Below are positions 37,474-48,189 of a DNA stretch of 64,000 nucleotides, in pieces (position 1 is the first letter of the stretch; each line of letters opens with the position of its first letter). Source of the stretch: a virus (taxonomy: Duplodnaviria; Caudoviricetes). The notes under the pieces are model-generated. The model did no database searches and was not told where the DNA came from. It saw only the letters and a program-made list of their open reading frames with translations. The stretch spans positions 62,921 to 126,920 of IMG/VR virus record IMGVR_UViG_3300005611_000007; one strand, 5' to 3'. Made by a program: the position numbers and the translations under genes.

Positions 37474-37953
37474 CTAAGATAGTCTTGTCAACAACCTTGC
37501 AATATGATTTACAAATGGAAGCATAGAAAGTGCCATTACTAGATTGACACCAGTATGTGCCATAGCAATTCTAAGTGTATCACCCTTTGGCATTCCATCA
37601 GATACCAGAAGTCCTGCAATCCAGATTGTACCCGTAGTACCAATATTGGCTCCAAGTACGGCAGCAATCGCTGCTGGTAGAGGGACTGCTCCTGATGCTA
37701 CAAGAGCAATGATTGCTGTTGTACTAAGAGACGACGATTGCCAGAGAAGTGTCATAACAATACCGCCTAAGAACATCCATAACGGATTGTGAATAAAGTA
37801 GTTAAAATGTTCCATATTACCCATACTCTTCATACCACCACTGAACATCTTCAGCCCGATATAGAATATTACAATACCAACTAAAACAGTAATTACAGGG
37901 TTACCTAAGTCCATTTTCTTTACTCTCTTCCATAGTTTTTTAGATTCAGTCAT
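37474..37953 (-). CDS. single-repeat Na+/Pi cotransporter-like protein
   Basis: WQSSS and GANIGTT signature motifs. Confidence 0.8.
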   Translation of the reverse strand: MTESKKLWKRVKKMDLGNPVITVLVGIVIFYIGLKMFSGGMKSMGNMEHFNYFIHNPLWMFLGGIVMTLLWQSSSLSTTAIIALVASGAVPLPAAIAAVLGANIGTTGTIWIAGLLVSDGMPKGDTLRIAMAHTGVNLVMALSMLPFVNHIARLLTRLS

Positions 37954-38099
37954 TTATTTTATCCTCTAGTTTCTTCAACTCTTTTTTATAAAAATCAATC
38001 ATTTGAGGAAACAATTCATTATCTGGATATTTTGTAGATTCAAATTCTAGAATAACAATCTCATAACGAATAAATCCCCACCGAGACCATTCCATACCA

Positions 38100-38357
38100 T
38101 CAAGCATTTTTCTTCCAACATTCACAAAAGTCACACCTATCAAAGAGTTCGTCTCTATATACACAGAAATTGCTGGCTTCAAACTCTCTGGACACACAAC
38201 TCTTCATATTATTTCTTTTTATCCAGGTATCCGCTTCCTCCTTTGTTCTATATCCAAGTCTAGTCAAACCTCTTATTGGGGTAATGTTATTATACCACGG
38301 TCCATCCCAATTACCGATTTCTCCGTTATACTTTATAAGAATACCCCACGCTTTCAT
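38100..38357 (-). CDS. hypothetical protein
   Basis: ATGA overlap with gene 46; C-terminal Cys cluster. Confidence 0.45.
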   Translation of the reverse strand: MKAWGILIKYNGEIGNWDGPWYNNITPIRGLTRLGYRTKEEADTWIKRNNMKSCVSREFEASNFCVYRDELFDRCDFCECWKKNA

Positions 38358-40069
38358 GCCGCAATCCTTGAAAAGTTTTGTTGTTTCTCAAAACGAATGA
38401 TATTTCTAAACTTATCGATCATCATATCACCCTTATGACTAATTATAAACGTGTTGGTGTCTTGTGTCAATCCTTCAAGAATTTTTAGAAACTCTTCTGT
38501 ACCATTATTGTCAAGAGAACTATCAAACACTTCATCCATGATAAGAAGATTTGTACTGACACTATTTCGAAGTTTCGCAATGGTTCTCCACGTGAATAGA
38601 AGCGATAGGTCGATACGCATTTTCTCACCTTCACTAAAACTCTCATAAGAGAACTCATCGCGAAACCTTGATTTGATTTTCTCGTTAAAGTTTTCATCTA
38701 ATTCAAACTGTACGAAAAAACCAAGATGTTGTAGATAGTGATTGATAAACTTATTCATCAAAGGCACATATTGTTTGATAATACGTGACTTGATACCACT
38801 ATCTTTTAACATCTCTGATCCCACACGAAAAAGAGATTGTTCTTCATTCAAATCTACCTTGCGTTTCTGATACTGATTCTTTTCTCCTTTCAATTTATCA
38901 ACGGATGAACTATCATGTTTAACATCATTCATCTTATCTGTCAACGTAGAAATTTCATTATTTAATTCTGTGATGAACTGATTGTTAATACGAATCTGTT
39001 GATTGCATTCATTTACCTTTTCATTTAGTTCAGAAATCTGAAGAGTAACCTCTACAATCTCATCTAGCCGTTCCTGTAACTCGGCACTCTTTTCTTTTAA
39101 TCCATTAATACCATTCTCGGTCTTTTCTAGGGATTCACGTTTCTCTATAAGAACTTCATCTTTGAAGTGTTGAGAGATATCTTGTTTACATGTTGGACAA
39201 TTATCATAGTGTTCAAAGAATTGAATATCCTTATTGATTTTCTTTACTTTATCCCGGAGCTTTTGAGCGACATTGCGGATTTCTTCTTGTTGGATTTCAG
39301 TCTTGTTCTTGTCTCTGATTCCTCGTTCCAGAGATCCAATTTCGCTTGTAAGATGTTCAAGTGTCCCAGTTTGTATAGCAATTGCTTCCTCACATACGTG
39401 AAGTTTTTCTTTTTTCTGACCGATTGTGTTTTGGACATCGGCGACGACTGATTTAAGATGATTGTTTTCAATTTCTATCTTCTCCTCTAGTAAGTCGATT
39501 TGATATTGAGTTTCCCGGATATCATTCTTAGATGTCTGAATCTTTTCCTTTAATAGATTATTCATAGTAGAAAAGATTTGTAGGTCTAGAAGATCCTCAA
39601 TCACCTCTCTTCGTTGAGCCGCAGTCAATTGCATAAACGGCACAAACGTAGAAGAACCAAGAACAACAACTTGACTAAAAGATTTATGATTCATCTTGAG
39701 AATATTCTTTTCAAGAAAATCCTGATAGTCTCTTATAGATGCTGTTTGATTGATAAGATTACCATTTTGATGAATTTCGAAAATATTTGGTTTGATACCA
39801 CGACGTATCATATACTCTTTTTTACCTACCGCCAATTCAATCTCAACAATCAATCCTTTTTGATTGACAGAGTTTAGAAGTTGTGGCTTGTTAATCTTGC
39901 GAAAAGGTTTACCATAAAGAACAAAAGATAGCGCGTCCAGAACAGTACTCTTACCCGCTCCATTTTCACCAATAATCAATGTAGTCTTATTACGAAGGAA
40001 ATCAATCTCAGTAAAAGCATTACCTGTACTGAGAATATTCTTATAACGTATTTTTTTGAACGTAATCAA
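38354..40069 (-). CDS. 46: recombination endonuclease subunit gp46 (Rad50-like)
   Basis: GENGAGKS, CPTC hook, FSEGEK, MDEVFD, ISH. Confidence 0.95.
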   Translation of the reverse strand: MITFKKIRYKNILSTGNAFTEIDFLRNKTTLIIGENGAGKSTVLDALSFVLYGKPFRKINKPQLLNSVNQKGLIVEIELAVGKKEYMIRRGIKPNIFEIHQNGNLINQTASIRDYQDFLEKNILKMNHKSFSQVVVLGSSTFVPFMQLTAAQRREVIEDLLDLQIFSTMNNLLKEKIQTSKNDIRETQYQIDLLEEKIEIENNHLKSVVADVQNTIGQKKEKLHVCEEAIAIQTGTLEHLTSEIGSLERGIRDKNKTEIQQEEIRNVAQKLRDKVKKINKDIQFFEHYDNCPTCKQDISQHFKDEVLIEKRESLEKTENGINGLKEKSAELQERLDEIVEVTLQISELNEKVNECNQQIRINNQFITELNNEISTLTDKMNDVKHDSSSVDKLKGEKNQYQKRKVDLNEEQSLFRVGSEMLKDSGIKSRIIKQYVPLMNKFINHYLQHLGFFVQFELDENFNEKIKSRFRDEFSYESFSEGEKMRIDLSLLFTWRTIAKLRNSVSTNLLIMDEVFDSSLDNNGTEEFLKILEGLTQDTNTFIISHKGDMMIDKFRNIIRFEKQQNFSRIAA

Positions 40070-40072
40070 GTA

Positions 40073-41137
40073 TTACTCCAGTGTCAATGCTTCGTTATAT
40101 AGATTATGGAATAGTTTCTTCAAACGTTTCTTATTTGACTTTGTTTCGATTTGATCGACATAGGTTTCCAACATCTCTATCGTTGACTTTGCCTCATCAA
40201 TCAAATCATCTTCATTATCTATATCAATATTCAACATATCTTCGATAATCTGAATATTGTGAACGCCACTCTTCTCTAATTTATCGATAAACACGTCGAA
40301 CATATAAGGATTAGTCTTATTCTTGACAATGACCTTCATATATGTTTCATTATAACCGGCATAATCAATCTCTTCAACTATTTTTTCAATATTCATATCT
40401 ACGTCATCATATTCGAAACGATAAAACATTGAGTATGGATTTTGAATGAATTCTAGTTCTCTTGTCTCTGTATCAAAGATATGAAATCCTTTTCGATCAT
40501 TATAATCACTCCATGTAATCTCATATGGACAGCCAAGATAATGAATGTTTCCATAAGAAGATTTGTGATGAAAATGACCGGATAAGACCATATCAAACTT
40601 TTGAAACTCTTCTGGATCAAATCCTGTATCACATACAGCGCCACGATGCATCTCGAAACCATTCAATTCAAGATGACCCATCATCACTTGACACTTACTA
40701 TTCTTTGTCGCATCCCAACACTCATTCCAATTATCAGTACAAATCCAAGGCATCAAAAGAATACCACAACCTCCTAGTTGTAACTCTGTTGGTTTGTCGA
40801 TGAGATTGATTAGATTATTATCACCATATAGTTGATCTAGTGCATTGATATCAAGACTGTTTCGATAGAAGATATCATGGTTGCCAATCAGACACCAGAA
40901 CTTAATATTACGTTTCATCAATGGATAGATGAAGTCTTGTTTTAGATTGTTTGCTGAGACGAAGTTGATATATTTTCTACGATCTACGATATCTCCTAGA
41001 TGAATAACATGATCAATTTTGTGTTCGTCTAGATAAGGAAAAAAGATATCATTCCAAAACTTAGAGAAATATCTAGCGAATATTTGAGAATCGTTTCTCG
41101 CGCCCCAATGCGTATCAGTTACGAGTGCTACTTTCAC
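40073..41137 (-). CDS. 47: recombination endonuclease subunit gp47 (Mre11-like)
   Basis: DTHWG, GD, GNHD, GHFH. Confidence 0.93.
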   Translation of the reverse strand: MKVALVTDTHWGARNDSQIFARYFSKFWNDIFFPYLDEHKIDHVIHLGDIVDRRKYINFVSANNLKQDFIYPLMKRNIKFWCLIGNHDIFYRNSLDINALDQLYGDNNLINLIDKPTELQLGGCGILLMPWICTDNWNECWDATKNSKCQVMMGHLELNGFEMHRGAVCDTGFDPEEFQKFDMVLSGHFHHKSSYGNIHYLGCPYEITWSDYNDRKGFHIFDTETRELEFIQNPYSMFYRFEYDDVDMNIEKIVEEIDYAGYNETYMKVIVKNKTNPYMFDVFIDKLEKSGVHNIQIIEDMLNIDIDNEDDLIDEAKSTIEMLETYVDQIETKSNKKRLKKLFHNLYNEALTLE

Positions 41138-41625
41138 TTATTAAACCTCTTTTCTTCAAAGTCACGAATAAAAATACTGGCGTTTTCTGTTGCACCTTCA
41201 CTGGATTTAATATATTCAAAATCCTCACTACTCAAAGCATTCTGAAGATTAAACATTTCAGTTGATTTGTATTTTGTATATAATACTTTCTTTTCTTTTT
41301 CTATTCTACGTAAAAATGCATAATAGATTATTTGAGTAAAGTATGCAAATGGATTATTAGATTTTTCTGGATTGAAGTTGTCAATATACATAATACTGTT
41401 TTCAATACCATCGGCAATCATATCTTCTTTGAAAGGGTAATTTATAAAATTGTGTTTATTAGAAAGTTTATACGCTATTTTCATAATACAACTACCAATA
41501 TAATCATTTGGTCGTGGTTTTTCAAGATCTGATGATTCAGCTTTCTCACATGCGTTTTTATACTTTACCATTTCAGAAAAGAACTTCTTATTATCTACGT
41601 AATGTTCACCCTTTGCTTTAGGCAT
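41134..41625 (-). CDS. 55: late sigma factor gp55
   Basis: HYVDNK, DMIADGIEN, NPFAYFTQIIYYAFLRRI. Confidence 0.93.
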   Translation of the reverse strand: MPKAKGEHYVDNKKFFSEMVKYKNACEKAESSDLEKPRPNDYIGSCIMKIAYKLSNKHNFINYPFKEDMIADGIENSIMYIDNFNPEKSNNPFAYFTQIIYYAFLRRIEKEKKVLYTKYKSTEMFNLQNALSSEDFEYIKSSEGATENASIFIRDFEEKRFNK

Positions 41626-41657
41626 TGAAAAACTCCTTACTCCTAAACATAATATTG

Positions 41658-41738
41658 ATTATACTTTGAAAATAAAATGGTGTCAACTAAAATATTTTTA
41701 ATTTTTCTGTTGACATAGTAGTTGACAGGGTATATACT
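41658..41738. promoter_or_regulatory. back-to-back sigma70 promoters: minus (TTGACA-17-TATAAT) for gene 55, plus (TTGACA-17-TATACT) antisense
   Basis: Minus: -35 41681-41686, -10 41658-41663; plus: -35 41710-41715, -10 41733-41738. Confidence 0.7.
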
Positions 41739-41753
41739 TCTTATTGTCACCCA

Positions 41754-42107
41754 TCAATGAACAGTATTAGAATCTACTTTGATATCAGTATTCGCTAACT
41801 GTAAATCAATCTTCTCTGGTAAAGTCTTCTCTATATATTCATCATAACAGTCTTTGATATGCTGTTCTACATAAGTAATAGATAGAATATGAAGTGCTGG
41901 AAAGAAGAAGTTTCTAGATCTAGATAGACCATTTAAATATAAGTTAAAGAATACATGATCTTCTGTCCATTCTGTTGTGACAGGATCACGAAGAACGATA
42001 CCAGAACTACTAGAAGCAATAGAATTGCCAATAATCACTTGGCCAGTAGATAACTGTATAATACGATATGAATCTTTTTTATCAAAATCATCTTCTGAAA
42101 TCATCAT
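41754..42107 (-). CDS. hypothetical protein (Sm-like fold possible)
   Basis: IIQLSTGQVIIG; usual position between uvsW and 55. Confidence 0.55.
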   Translation of the reverse strand: MMISEDDFDKKDSYRIIQLSTGQVIIGNSIASSSSGIVLRDPVTTEWTEDHVFFNLYLNGLSRSRNFFFPALHILSITYVEQHIKDCYDEYIEKTLPEKIDLQLANTDIKVDSNTVH

Positions 42108-42117
42108 TCTTTATTCC

Positions 42118-43626
42118 TCATATACCAATCTTATACAGTTTATATTCAAATTTCTCTTGATTATATATCTTAACTCTTTCATATAGATGTTTTAGAGTAT
42201 AGTTGACTTTCTTACCGTGTTGTAGATCATCACCTATATCAAATAGTGTACATTGATCTTTATTATCTGATACTCTTAAACCTCTACCAATAGACTGTAA
42301 ATTTCTTATCTTGCTTTTAGATGGGCTAGCAAATATGATATTATGTAGTGCTTTGATATTGATGCCAGTTGAAAATGTACCATAAGATGCTATGATAATG
42401 GCATTCGTTTCTCGTTCAGTAATCTCTCTAATAGACTCACGGGTTTCACCATCAGTCCCACCAAATACAAAGAAAACTTTACGACCTTTCTTAACCTTAC
42501 TATTTATCATGTCGTAAAGTTGCTTTCCATGTTTCTCTACATATTGAAATAGTATCAAAGTATTGCCGTCTAGTGATAATGCTAGATTATTGATAAATTC
42601 ATTTCTCTTTTGATTTCTAACAATAAAGTCCATCTCATCAGCATACTTCATTTTAGATACTTGTTTTGTAATTTCTTTATCATATTTTAATACAAGTATT
42701 TTAATATGAAGTTTTGCTAATTGATCATTCTCCATTAGATCTTTTGTTTTTACAAGAGACTTGGTTGGACCAAATAGCCCTTCTAATACTAATTGATGGG
42801 TTTGAGAACCATCTAATGTTCCAGTAAATCCAAATCTGTATCTACAATGAGGAAGTTTTTCTAGAATTGATGTGAGAGATTTTGCTTTAAATAGATGGGC
42901 TTCGTCGCCAATGACTACACCAAAATGTTGAAACCAAGTCTTAGGCATCTTATAGATTGATTGCCAAGTAGTGATTACCACATCATCTGTAATATTATCT
43001 TTCCAATCTTTTTTACTCGTACCTGTAATCATACGAATATTTAATTTATTACCATAGTCATCAAAGTCTTTAGCCATTTGATGGACCAAAGATATTGTTG
43101 GTACAATGATAAGTTTTTTATGGGGATAAAATCTAGATAACATGTATATCATCAGAGACTTACCAGAACCAGTTGGTGATAGTAGTAAACACCGATTATT
43201 TCTTACGGCGTGTACAAAACCATCAATCTGATAGTCTCTGGGAGTTATCTTTAGTTTTAGTCTTTCTACAAATTGACCACACTCAAATGCGGAGAATTCA
43301 TTAGATACATCAGAGTCTTGTGTATCAATAGAATAATTTCTATTCTTGGCGAAAGACTTTACTTCTTCTAGAAGTCCTTTGTAGATTTGTTGGGTATTCA
43401 GATTATAGAGATATATTTTGCCATTCCACATACGAGATTTGTATGTTGGCATGAAGCGATATCCAGGAACATAGAAAGAGAAGTGTTCGTGTATCTCTTG
43501 AGCAATACCTCTTTCGCAATCAAGTCTTACAAAGACTTCATTATGTTCTTTTACAATAATATCACTGACCGAAGTTTGTGAGGCGGCGCCACTCGATACT
43601 ATTTCTAATAATCCAGTTTCTTCCAT
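42118..43626 (-). CDS. uvsW: DNA helicase UvsW (start uncertain)
   Basis: SPTGSGKS, DEAH, QSIGRGLR. Confidence 0.93.
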   Translation of the reverse strand: MEETGLLEIVSSGAASQTSVSDIIVKEHNEVFVRLDCERGIAQEIHEHFSFYVPGYRFMPTYKSRMWNGKIYLYNLNTQQIYKGLLEEVKSFAKNRNYSIDTQDSDVSNEFSAFECGQFVERLKLKITPRDYQIDGFVHAVRNNRCLLLSPTGSGKSLMIYMLSRFYPHKKLIIVPTISLVHQMAKDFDDYGNKLNIRMITGTSKKDWKDNITDDVVITTWQSIYKMPKTWFQHFGVVIGDEAHLFKAKSLTSILEKLPHCRYRFGFTGTLDGSQTHQLVLEGLFGPTKSLVKTKDLMENDQLAKLHIKILVLKYDKEITKQVSKMKYADEMDFIVRNQKRNEFINNLALSLDGNTLILFQYVEKHGKQLYDMINSKVKKGRKVFFVFGGTDGETRESIREITERETNAIIIASYGTFSTGINIKALHNIIFASPSKSKIRNLQSIGRGLRVSDNKDQCTLFDIGDDLQHGKKVNYTLKHLYERVKIYNQEKFEYKLYKIGI

Positions 43627-44002
43627 TGATACCCTTCATTATTTCTTCCAAAACATCAACAATTTCTTGTTGCATAGATATTTTTAAATTCATTTCAATC
43701 ATTTCAGAATCTGAATCCACATAATCATTTATATCAGCCTTCAAAATGGTTTTTAACTGGGGTTGTCTACCAATCTCAGTTAAGTCTTCAGGATTATTTA
43801 AATCACCTCTGAAGTATTCAGATAATGTTTTGGCAAGTTGTTTTTTCTTTAAAAATAGACTTTTGAGTTTAAGTCTTTCTTTATATAATATTGATAGATA
43901 CTTAGCATGTAATACAGGAATATTTAAACTTTCTGTATCTAGTTCAACACTATCAATTGGAGCGTCTTTTCTCCAAGCTTCGGCAATATCTTCAATTTTC
44001 AA
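43562..44002 (-). CDS. uvsY: recombination mediator UvsY
   Basis: IPVLHAKY...IRNSIEWRR; synteny. Confidence 0.88.
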   Translation of the reverse strand: MKIEDIAEAWRKDAPIDSVELDTESLNIPVLHAKYLSILYKERLKLKSLFLKKKQLAKTLSEYFRGDLNNPEDLTEIGRQPQLKTILKADINDYVDSDSEMIEMNLKISMQQEIVDVLEEIMKGINGRNWIIRNSIEWRRLTNFGQ

Positions 44003-44039
44003 GATTTAAATCCTTATTCACGATTAAAAATATATTATA

Positions 44040-44543
44040 TCACACAGACTCTATTGTGTAAAGAGTATATCTAAAAGTAACAGTGGCTTCTAGATAATCA
44101 ATATCAGTAGCAGTAGTTGAGAATGTAAGTTCAGATAGAGATTCGGGAAACATATTCTGAAACTTTACACGAAGATTAGGATTATATTTACTTGATAGAA
44201 TTGATAAAGTAGCATCAGATACGTTTCTCTGATTTCTGCTAAGTTGTTGAAAGTTTTTATATTGGTCAAAATTTTCTGGTGATCCTAATCCAACTAACCA
44301 ATTATATATCTCTAGATAATTTATCATATCTTCGTCTACACGAAAAGTCAAGTTAAAAGGAGAGTATGTAATTTTTTCTCCAGCAAGAGGAATATCAGTA
44401 AAAGGATTGGTTTGATTAGAAGTACCAATAGATACTGAAGGTATACTAGCTGATTGTGAAAAATATGACACTGTTGGTATTCTATCTAATACCAATCTGA
44501 AACCTGTCTGTCCTAAAAAGTTTTTGTTATCAGGAGTTGCCAT
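44040..44543 (-). CDS. 3: tail completion/sheath stabiliser gp3
   Basis: NFLGQTGF, FRVDEDMINYLEIYNW; late promoter 44573-44580. Confidence 0.85.
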   Translation of the reverse strand: MATPDNKNFLGQTGFRLVLDRIPTVSYFSQSASIPSVSIGTSNQTNPFTDIPLAGEKITYSPFNLTFRVDEDMINYLEIYNWLVGLGSPENFDQYKNFQQLSRNQRNVSDATLSILSSKYNPNLRVKFQNMFPESLSELTFSTTATDIDYLEATVTFRYTLYTIESV

Positions 44544-44580
44544 ACAATGTATCCTTTATAATATCAACTATTTATTTATA

Positions 44581-44610
44581 AAAAAAGAGGGGAGCTGAAG
44601 CCCCCCTCTA
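44581..44610 (-). terminator. terminator after gene 23
   Basis: agaggggagc/gcccccctct stem plus U-tract on minus strand. Confidence 0.7.
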
Positions 44611-44640
44611 GTTCTCGTTGGGTTAAACCCAATCTTATTA

Positions 44641-46011
44641 TTACATAAGATTTGAAACGGTAACAGTACGATAGTAGATATTCTTTTTCGCAAAAGAGAT
44701 AGCACCATCGGCAGCGGTTGTTGCAAAAGGATTAGCGACGATGCCGTAGCGAGTCTTAAATCCAATTTTTGGCTGGAAGGTATTCTCGCCAACTGCACGA
44801 ACCATCTGTAGTGGAACATATGGGCAGTAGAAGAGACCAGCATCAAATGCGCTTGAACCCTTGTAACCAATGGTGTAGTACTGATCACCAGAGGCGCTTG
44901 AGAAGTATGGGTCAACATAAACGCGGACCCGACCATTTAGCACACCAGCGAAAGTGTTACCTGTATCGTCTACGTTTAGGTTGGAACTGAGTGCTGGAGT
45001 GTAATCAAGAACACCAGCCATCTGTAGGGCAGAAGCTACGTCTGAACCACAGATTAGAACGTTACCCTTACCACGCCGGGTTGACTTGGCGATTTGGTTA
45101 GCGTCGCGCTCGATCTGGAAGATTAGACCCTTGAAGCGTTCTACTGACCAACGACCGTTTGCATCAACGTCTAGGTTGAAAGTACCAGCGGTTGTTACGT
45201 TATCCTGAGCACCTGCGGTAGCGGTATAGTTGATTGTACGAACTACTTCGCGGTTGATTTCAGCGAGGATTTCAGCAGATAGGATGTTGGCTAGTTCTGT
45301 TTCTGCGTCTAGACCGTGAATAGCCTTTAGATCTTGGGCTAGTTCCATGGTGTACTCAGCTTTAAGGGCGCGAGATACAGCAGTTACAGAGACCTTCTCA
45401 ACTGAGAAAGCCATTTGTTGGAATGCGTTCGTAGAACCATCGCCGAGAGCTTCTGCTTCAGCGGTGGTCATGCCAGTGCCGACGGTATACCCAGTACCTG
45501 ATGCACGATCGGTTGGATCGCTACCAGATTGAGCATTATTACCAGCGTCGTTAATAACACCGAGAGATGCAGTATTACCAGAAGCAGAGGCAGAAAATGT
45601 GGTTACTGCTTCGTTATAGAGGGCTTCGTCGCCACCTTGAGTTGAGAAACGTGAACGCATCGCGAAGATTAGACCTGTTGGACCAGTCATTGGCTGGACA
45701 CCGCAGACATCGTATGCGATCATATTTGGCATTGAGCGACGAACTAGTGAAATGAGGACAGGATCGAAAATATCGACTGAACCGTCACTAGCGGTAGAAG
45801 AAGAAGCGCCCATAGCATTAGCTGGTGCTGCTTCGCCTAGTAGTGTTGGCATATGATAACCGCCAGAACCAAAGGCAGCTTCACGTGAAGCTTTCTCCTG
45901 GTTTTCGAGAAGTGTGGCTGTAACAGCGCGCTTGTGAGAATCCTTGATGTCAGCGAGATCAGGATGCTCAAGAACTGGTTGCCACTTCTTGACTAGATCT
46001 TCAGTTAGCAT
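44641..46011 (-). CDS. 23: major capsid protein gp23
   Basis: GVQPMTGPTGLIFAMR, SRALKAEYT.ELAQDLKAIHGLDAE; late promoter 46047-46054. Confidence 0.98.
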   Translation of the reverse strand: MLTEDLVKKWQPVLEHPDLADIKDSHKRAVTATLLENQEKASREAAFGSGGYHMPTLLGEAAPANAMGASSSTASDGSVDIFDPVLISLVRRSMPNMIAYDVCGVQPMTGPTGLIFAMRSRFSTQGGDEALYNEAVTTFSASASGNTASLGVINDAGNNAQSGSDPTDRASGTGYTVGTGMTTAEAEALGDGSTNAFQQMAFSVEKVSVTAVSRALKAEYTMELAQDLKAIHGLDAETELANILSAEILAEINREVVRTINYTATAGAQDNVTTAGTFNLDVDANGRWSVERFKGLIFQIERDANQIAKSTRRGKGNVLICGSDVASALQMAGVLDYTPALSSNLNVDDTGNTFAGVLNGRVRVYVDPYFSSASGDQYYTIGYKGSSAFDAGLFYCPYVPLQMVRAVGENTFQPKIGFKTRYGIVANPFATTAADGAISFAKKNIYYRTVTVSNLM

Positions 46012-46062
46012 TGGTATTAACTCCTTTGTAGTACCATGGTTTTTATTATTTATAATTATTCA

Positions 46063-47130
46063 TTATTTCTTTACAGTTCTAGAAATAGCAGCGGCGTAGT
46101 GTGCCATGCTTCCAGTCACCTTCTTACGAACCTCTTCTTCGAGTGGTTCTTCTTCGTCAATAATAGATTCAATCTTATCTTCATCAGCGAAGTAACTTTC
46201 CTTAATCATGGAAACTTTACCACGATAGTCTTCTTCTGAAACAAACTCAACAGCAGAAGCTAAGTCATTAAACTTCTCTTTATTTGCAACAGTTAGATCT
46301 TCGGAAATTTCTGAAACGATAGAATCTTTAACAAGAACTTCAATTTTATCATTGAGTTCAACATTTTTTTCGATTTCCTTGTTAAGGCTTTCTTCTAGTT
46401 CATCTACCGTATCGGATAGATCGCCTAGAATATCTACCTTATCTTCTGGAATATCAATATAAGATTCTTCGAAAAGTTTCTTTAGACCGCCAATAAATTC
46501 TTCAGCGATCTCAGTACGAATACCGTTTTCCATAGCTAGACGATTCTCATCGGCCCACTGTTCGACTACGTAGTCAAGATAGGAATCCATCTTTTCTACC
46601 ATGTCTTCGTGATTCTTTTGAGATTCGAATAGATTATCGGCTTCAATCTTTTCTGATAGTTCGGAGAGCTTTTCATTAATTTTAGTGATTACAGCAGCCT
46701 CAAAGATTGTGGTTGCTTTATTTTTAAACTCTTCTGAAAGATCTTCGTTGCCGAATAGAGCTTTAACATCATCTTCTAGATCGATGTCATCTCTTGTTAC
46801 AGTGATTGGTTCTGAAGTTTTAATATCTTCTAAGATATCTTCTTCGTTTGTTTCAGTCTCTTCACCCATCATCTTTGAATATGCAGCATAAAGATCTTCT
46901 TTCTTCATACCATGCATTTTTGTCATCATGGCATTAATCATGCCAACCTTTGTCTTGGGTGAATTTCCTTGAGCAACAGGCTTTTTCTCTCCGCCGTCCT
47001 TATCAGCAGGACGTGAGGAGTCCTTCGTTGGTGCAGGATCTGCAACCATTGAGGGATCGCCCATTGAAGCTTTAAATTCCTGAAGATCTTCAGAGTCGTC
47101 TTCAAGAACTTCTAGATTCTCATCGGACAT
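46063..47130 (-). CDS. 22: prohead scaffold gp22
   Basis: LSEEFKNKATTIFEAA, YLDYVVEQW; late promoter 47157-47164. Confidence 0.9.
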   Translation of the reverse strand: MSDENLEVLEDDSEDLQEFKASMGDPSMVADPAPTKDSSRPADKDGGEKKPVAQGNSPKTKVGMINAMMTKMHGMKKEDLYAAYSKMMGEETETNEEDILEDIKTSEPITVTRDDIDLEDDVKALFGNEDLSEEFKNKATTIFEAAVITKINEKLSELSEKIEADNLFESQKNHEDMVEKMDSYLDYVVEQWADENRLAMENGIRTEIAEEFIGGLKKLFEESYIDIPEDKVDILGDLSDTVDELEESLNKEIEKNVELNDKIEVLVKDSIVSEISEDLTVANKEKFNDLASAVEFVSEEDYRGKVSMIKESYFADEDKIESIIDEEEPLEEEVRKKVTGSMAHYAAAISRTVKK

Positions 47131-47180
47131 TTACACGCTCCTTTTTGTTTTTAAATTATTTATAAATTATCATATTTACA

Positions 47181-47825
47181 TTAAAGTTTCTTCAGGAAAT
47201 CCTCGAAGATACGCAATTTTGTTTGTTCAAGTTCAGTTTTATTGGCTTTCTTGATATCATATTGAGAACGCTCCACAAATCTTTGTGTCCACTTCCCACC
47301 TTCCATAATCCATTCAACCCCTTCCATAATACCTTGAACAAATGCATCTGGCGCGGAAGGATCTGCAACGATGTCGGCTGCGGTAGCAAGATAAAAATCT
47401 TTTTGTACCTCATTGACACCATTTTTCTTTTTAAGAGTACCCATACCTCTTGATGAAACACCAATAGTGGCACCCTCTTTGATTAAGTTTTTTACGATAT
47501 TACCGTAAGGTGAATCCATAATCTTCGCTTTACCCATGAAGTTATCTCCATCTTGGTAAAGTTCTTTAATCATATGTGATACTCTTTCAAGATTAATGGT
47601 TGGTCCACTGGGATGACCTAGTTCACCAAATGCACGATTCTTCATTACATATTCTTTGTTATATCTATTTATTTCTCTTTCAAGAATATCTGTAGGATAG
47701 ATACGACCATTACGGTTCTGTTTGTTGGCCTGCAAAAAGATGCCTTCAATATAAAAATCTTTCTCACCATTCTCATTGGCTTCGGTCACATAACCGATGT
47801 CAAGTACTTCCGTGATGAGTTTCAT
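47181..47825 (-). CDS. 21: prohead protease gp21
   Basis: MKLITE, NRNGRIYP, GELGHP, GVSSRG, DIVADPS. Confidence 0.95.
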   Translation of the reverse strand: MKLITEVLDIGYVTEANENGEKDFYIEGIFLQANKQNRNGRIYPTDILEREINRYNKEYVMKNRAFGELGHPSGPTINLERVSHMIKELYQDGDNFMGKAKIMDSPYGNIVKNLIKEGATIGVSSRGMGTLKKKNGVNEVQKDFYLATAADIVADPSAPDAFVQGIMEGVEWIMEGGKWTQRFVERSQYDIKKANKTELEQTKLRIFEDFLKKL

Positions 47826-47826
47826 A

Positions 47827-48189
47827 TTATTCTCCTGACTTCTTATGCATTTTTAAGATAATAACGCCGTTGCCACCAGAAAGTGTAATATCTACGTTCG
47901 ATGTTCTTTGTGCGTCATTAAGTTCTAATTGCATTCCACTTGCTTGATAATCATGATATCCACTACCAGCAAATACAGCGACAGTATTAGAACCTCTTTT
48001 TACGTTCCAATTATTTGTACCATCTACGCTCCACATCACTTCTGATATTACCATTTCACCAACAGTCTCACCAACAGCATTGGCTCCTTGTTTACCATTT
48101 GCTGTATTAAGTTTCAAACCATCAGTAGCAGTAGTTCTAAAAACTACATATCCAGCAGGTTTTTTATGATTATTTGTTACTGGCATCAC
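47827..48189 (-). CDS. hypothetical head-region protein
   Basis: Position between core genes and 21. Confidence 0.55.
   Translation of the reverse strand: MMPVTNNHKKPAGYVVFRTTATDGLKLNTANGKQGANAVGETVGEMVISEVMWSVDGTNNWNVKRGSNTVAVFAGSGYHDYQASGMQLELNDAQRTSNVDITLSGGNGVIILKMHKKSGE

Noticed and set aside
43562-43626. Possible non-canonical start or frameshift at the uvsY/uvsW overlap
   Set aside because: An in-frame ATG with a weak SD exists at 43626; cannot be resolved from sequence alone
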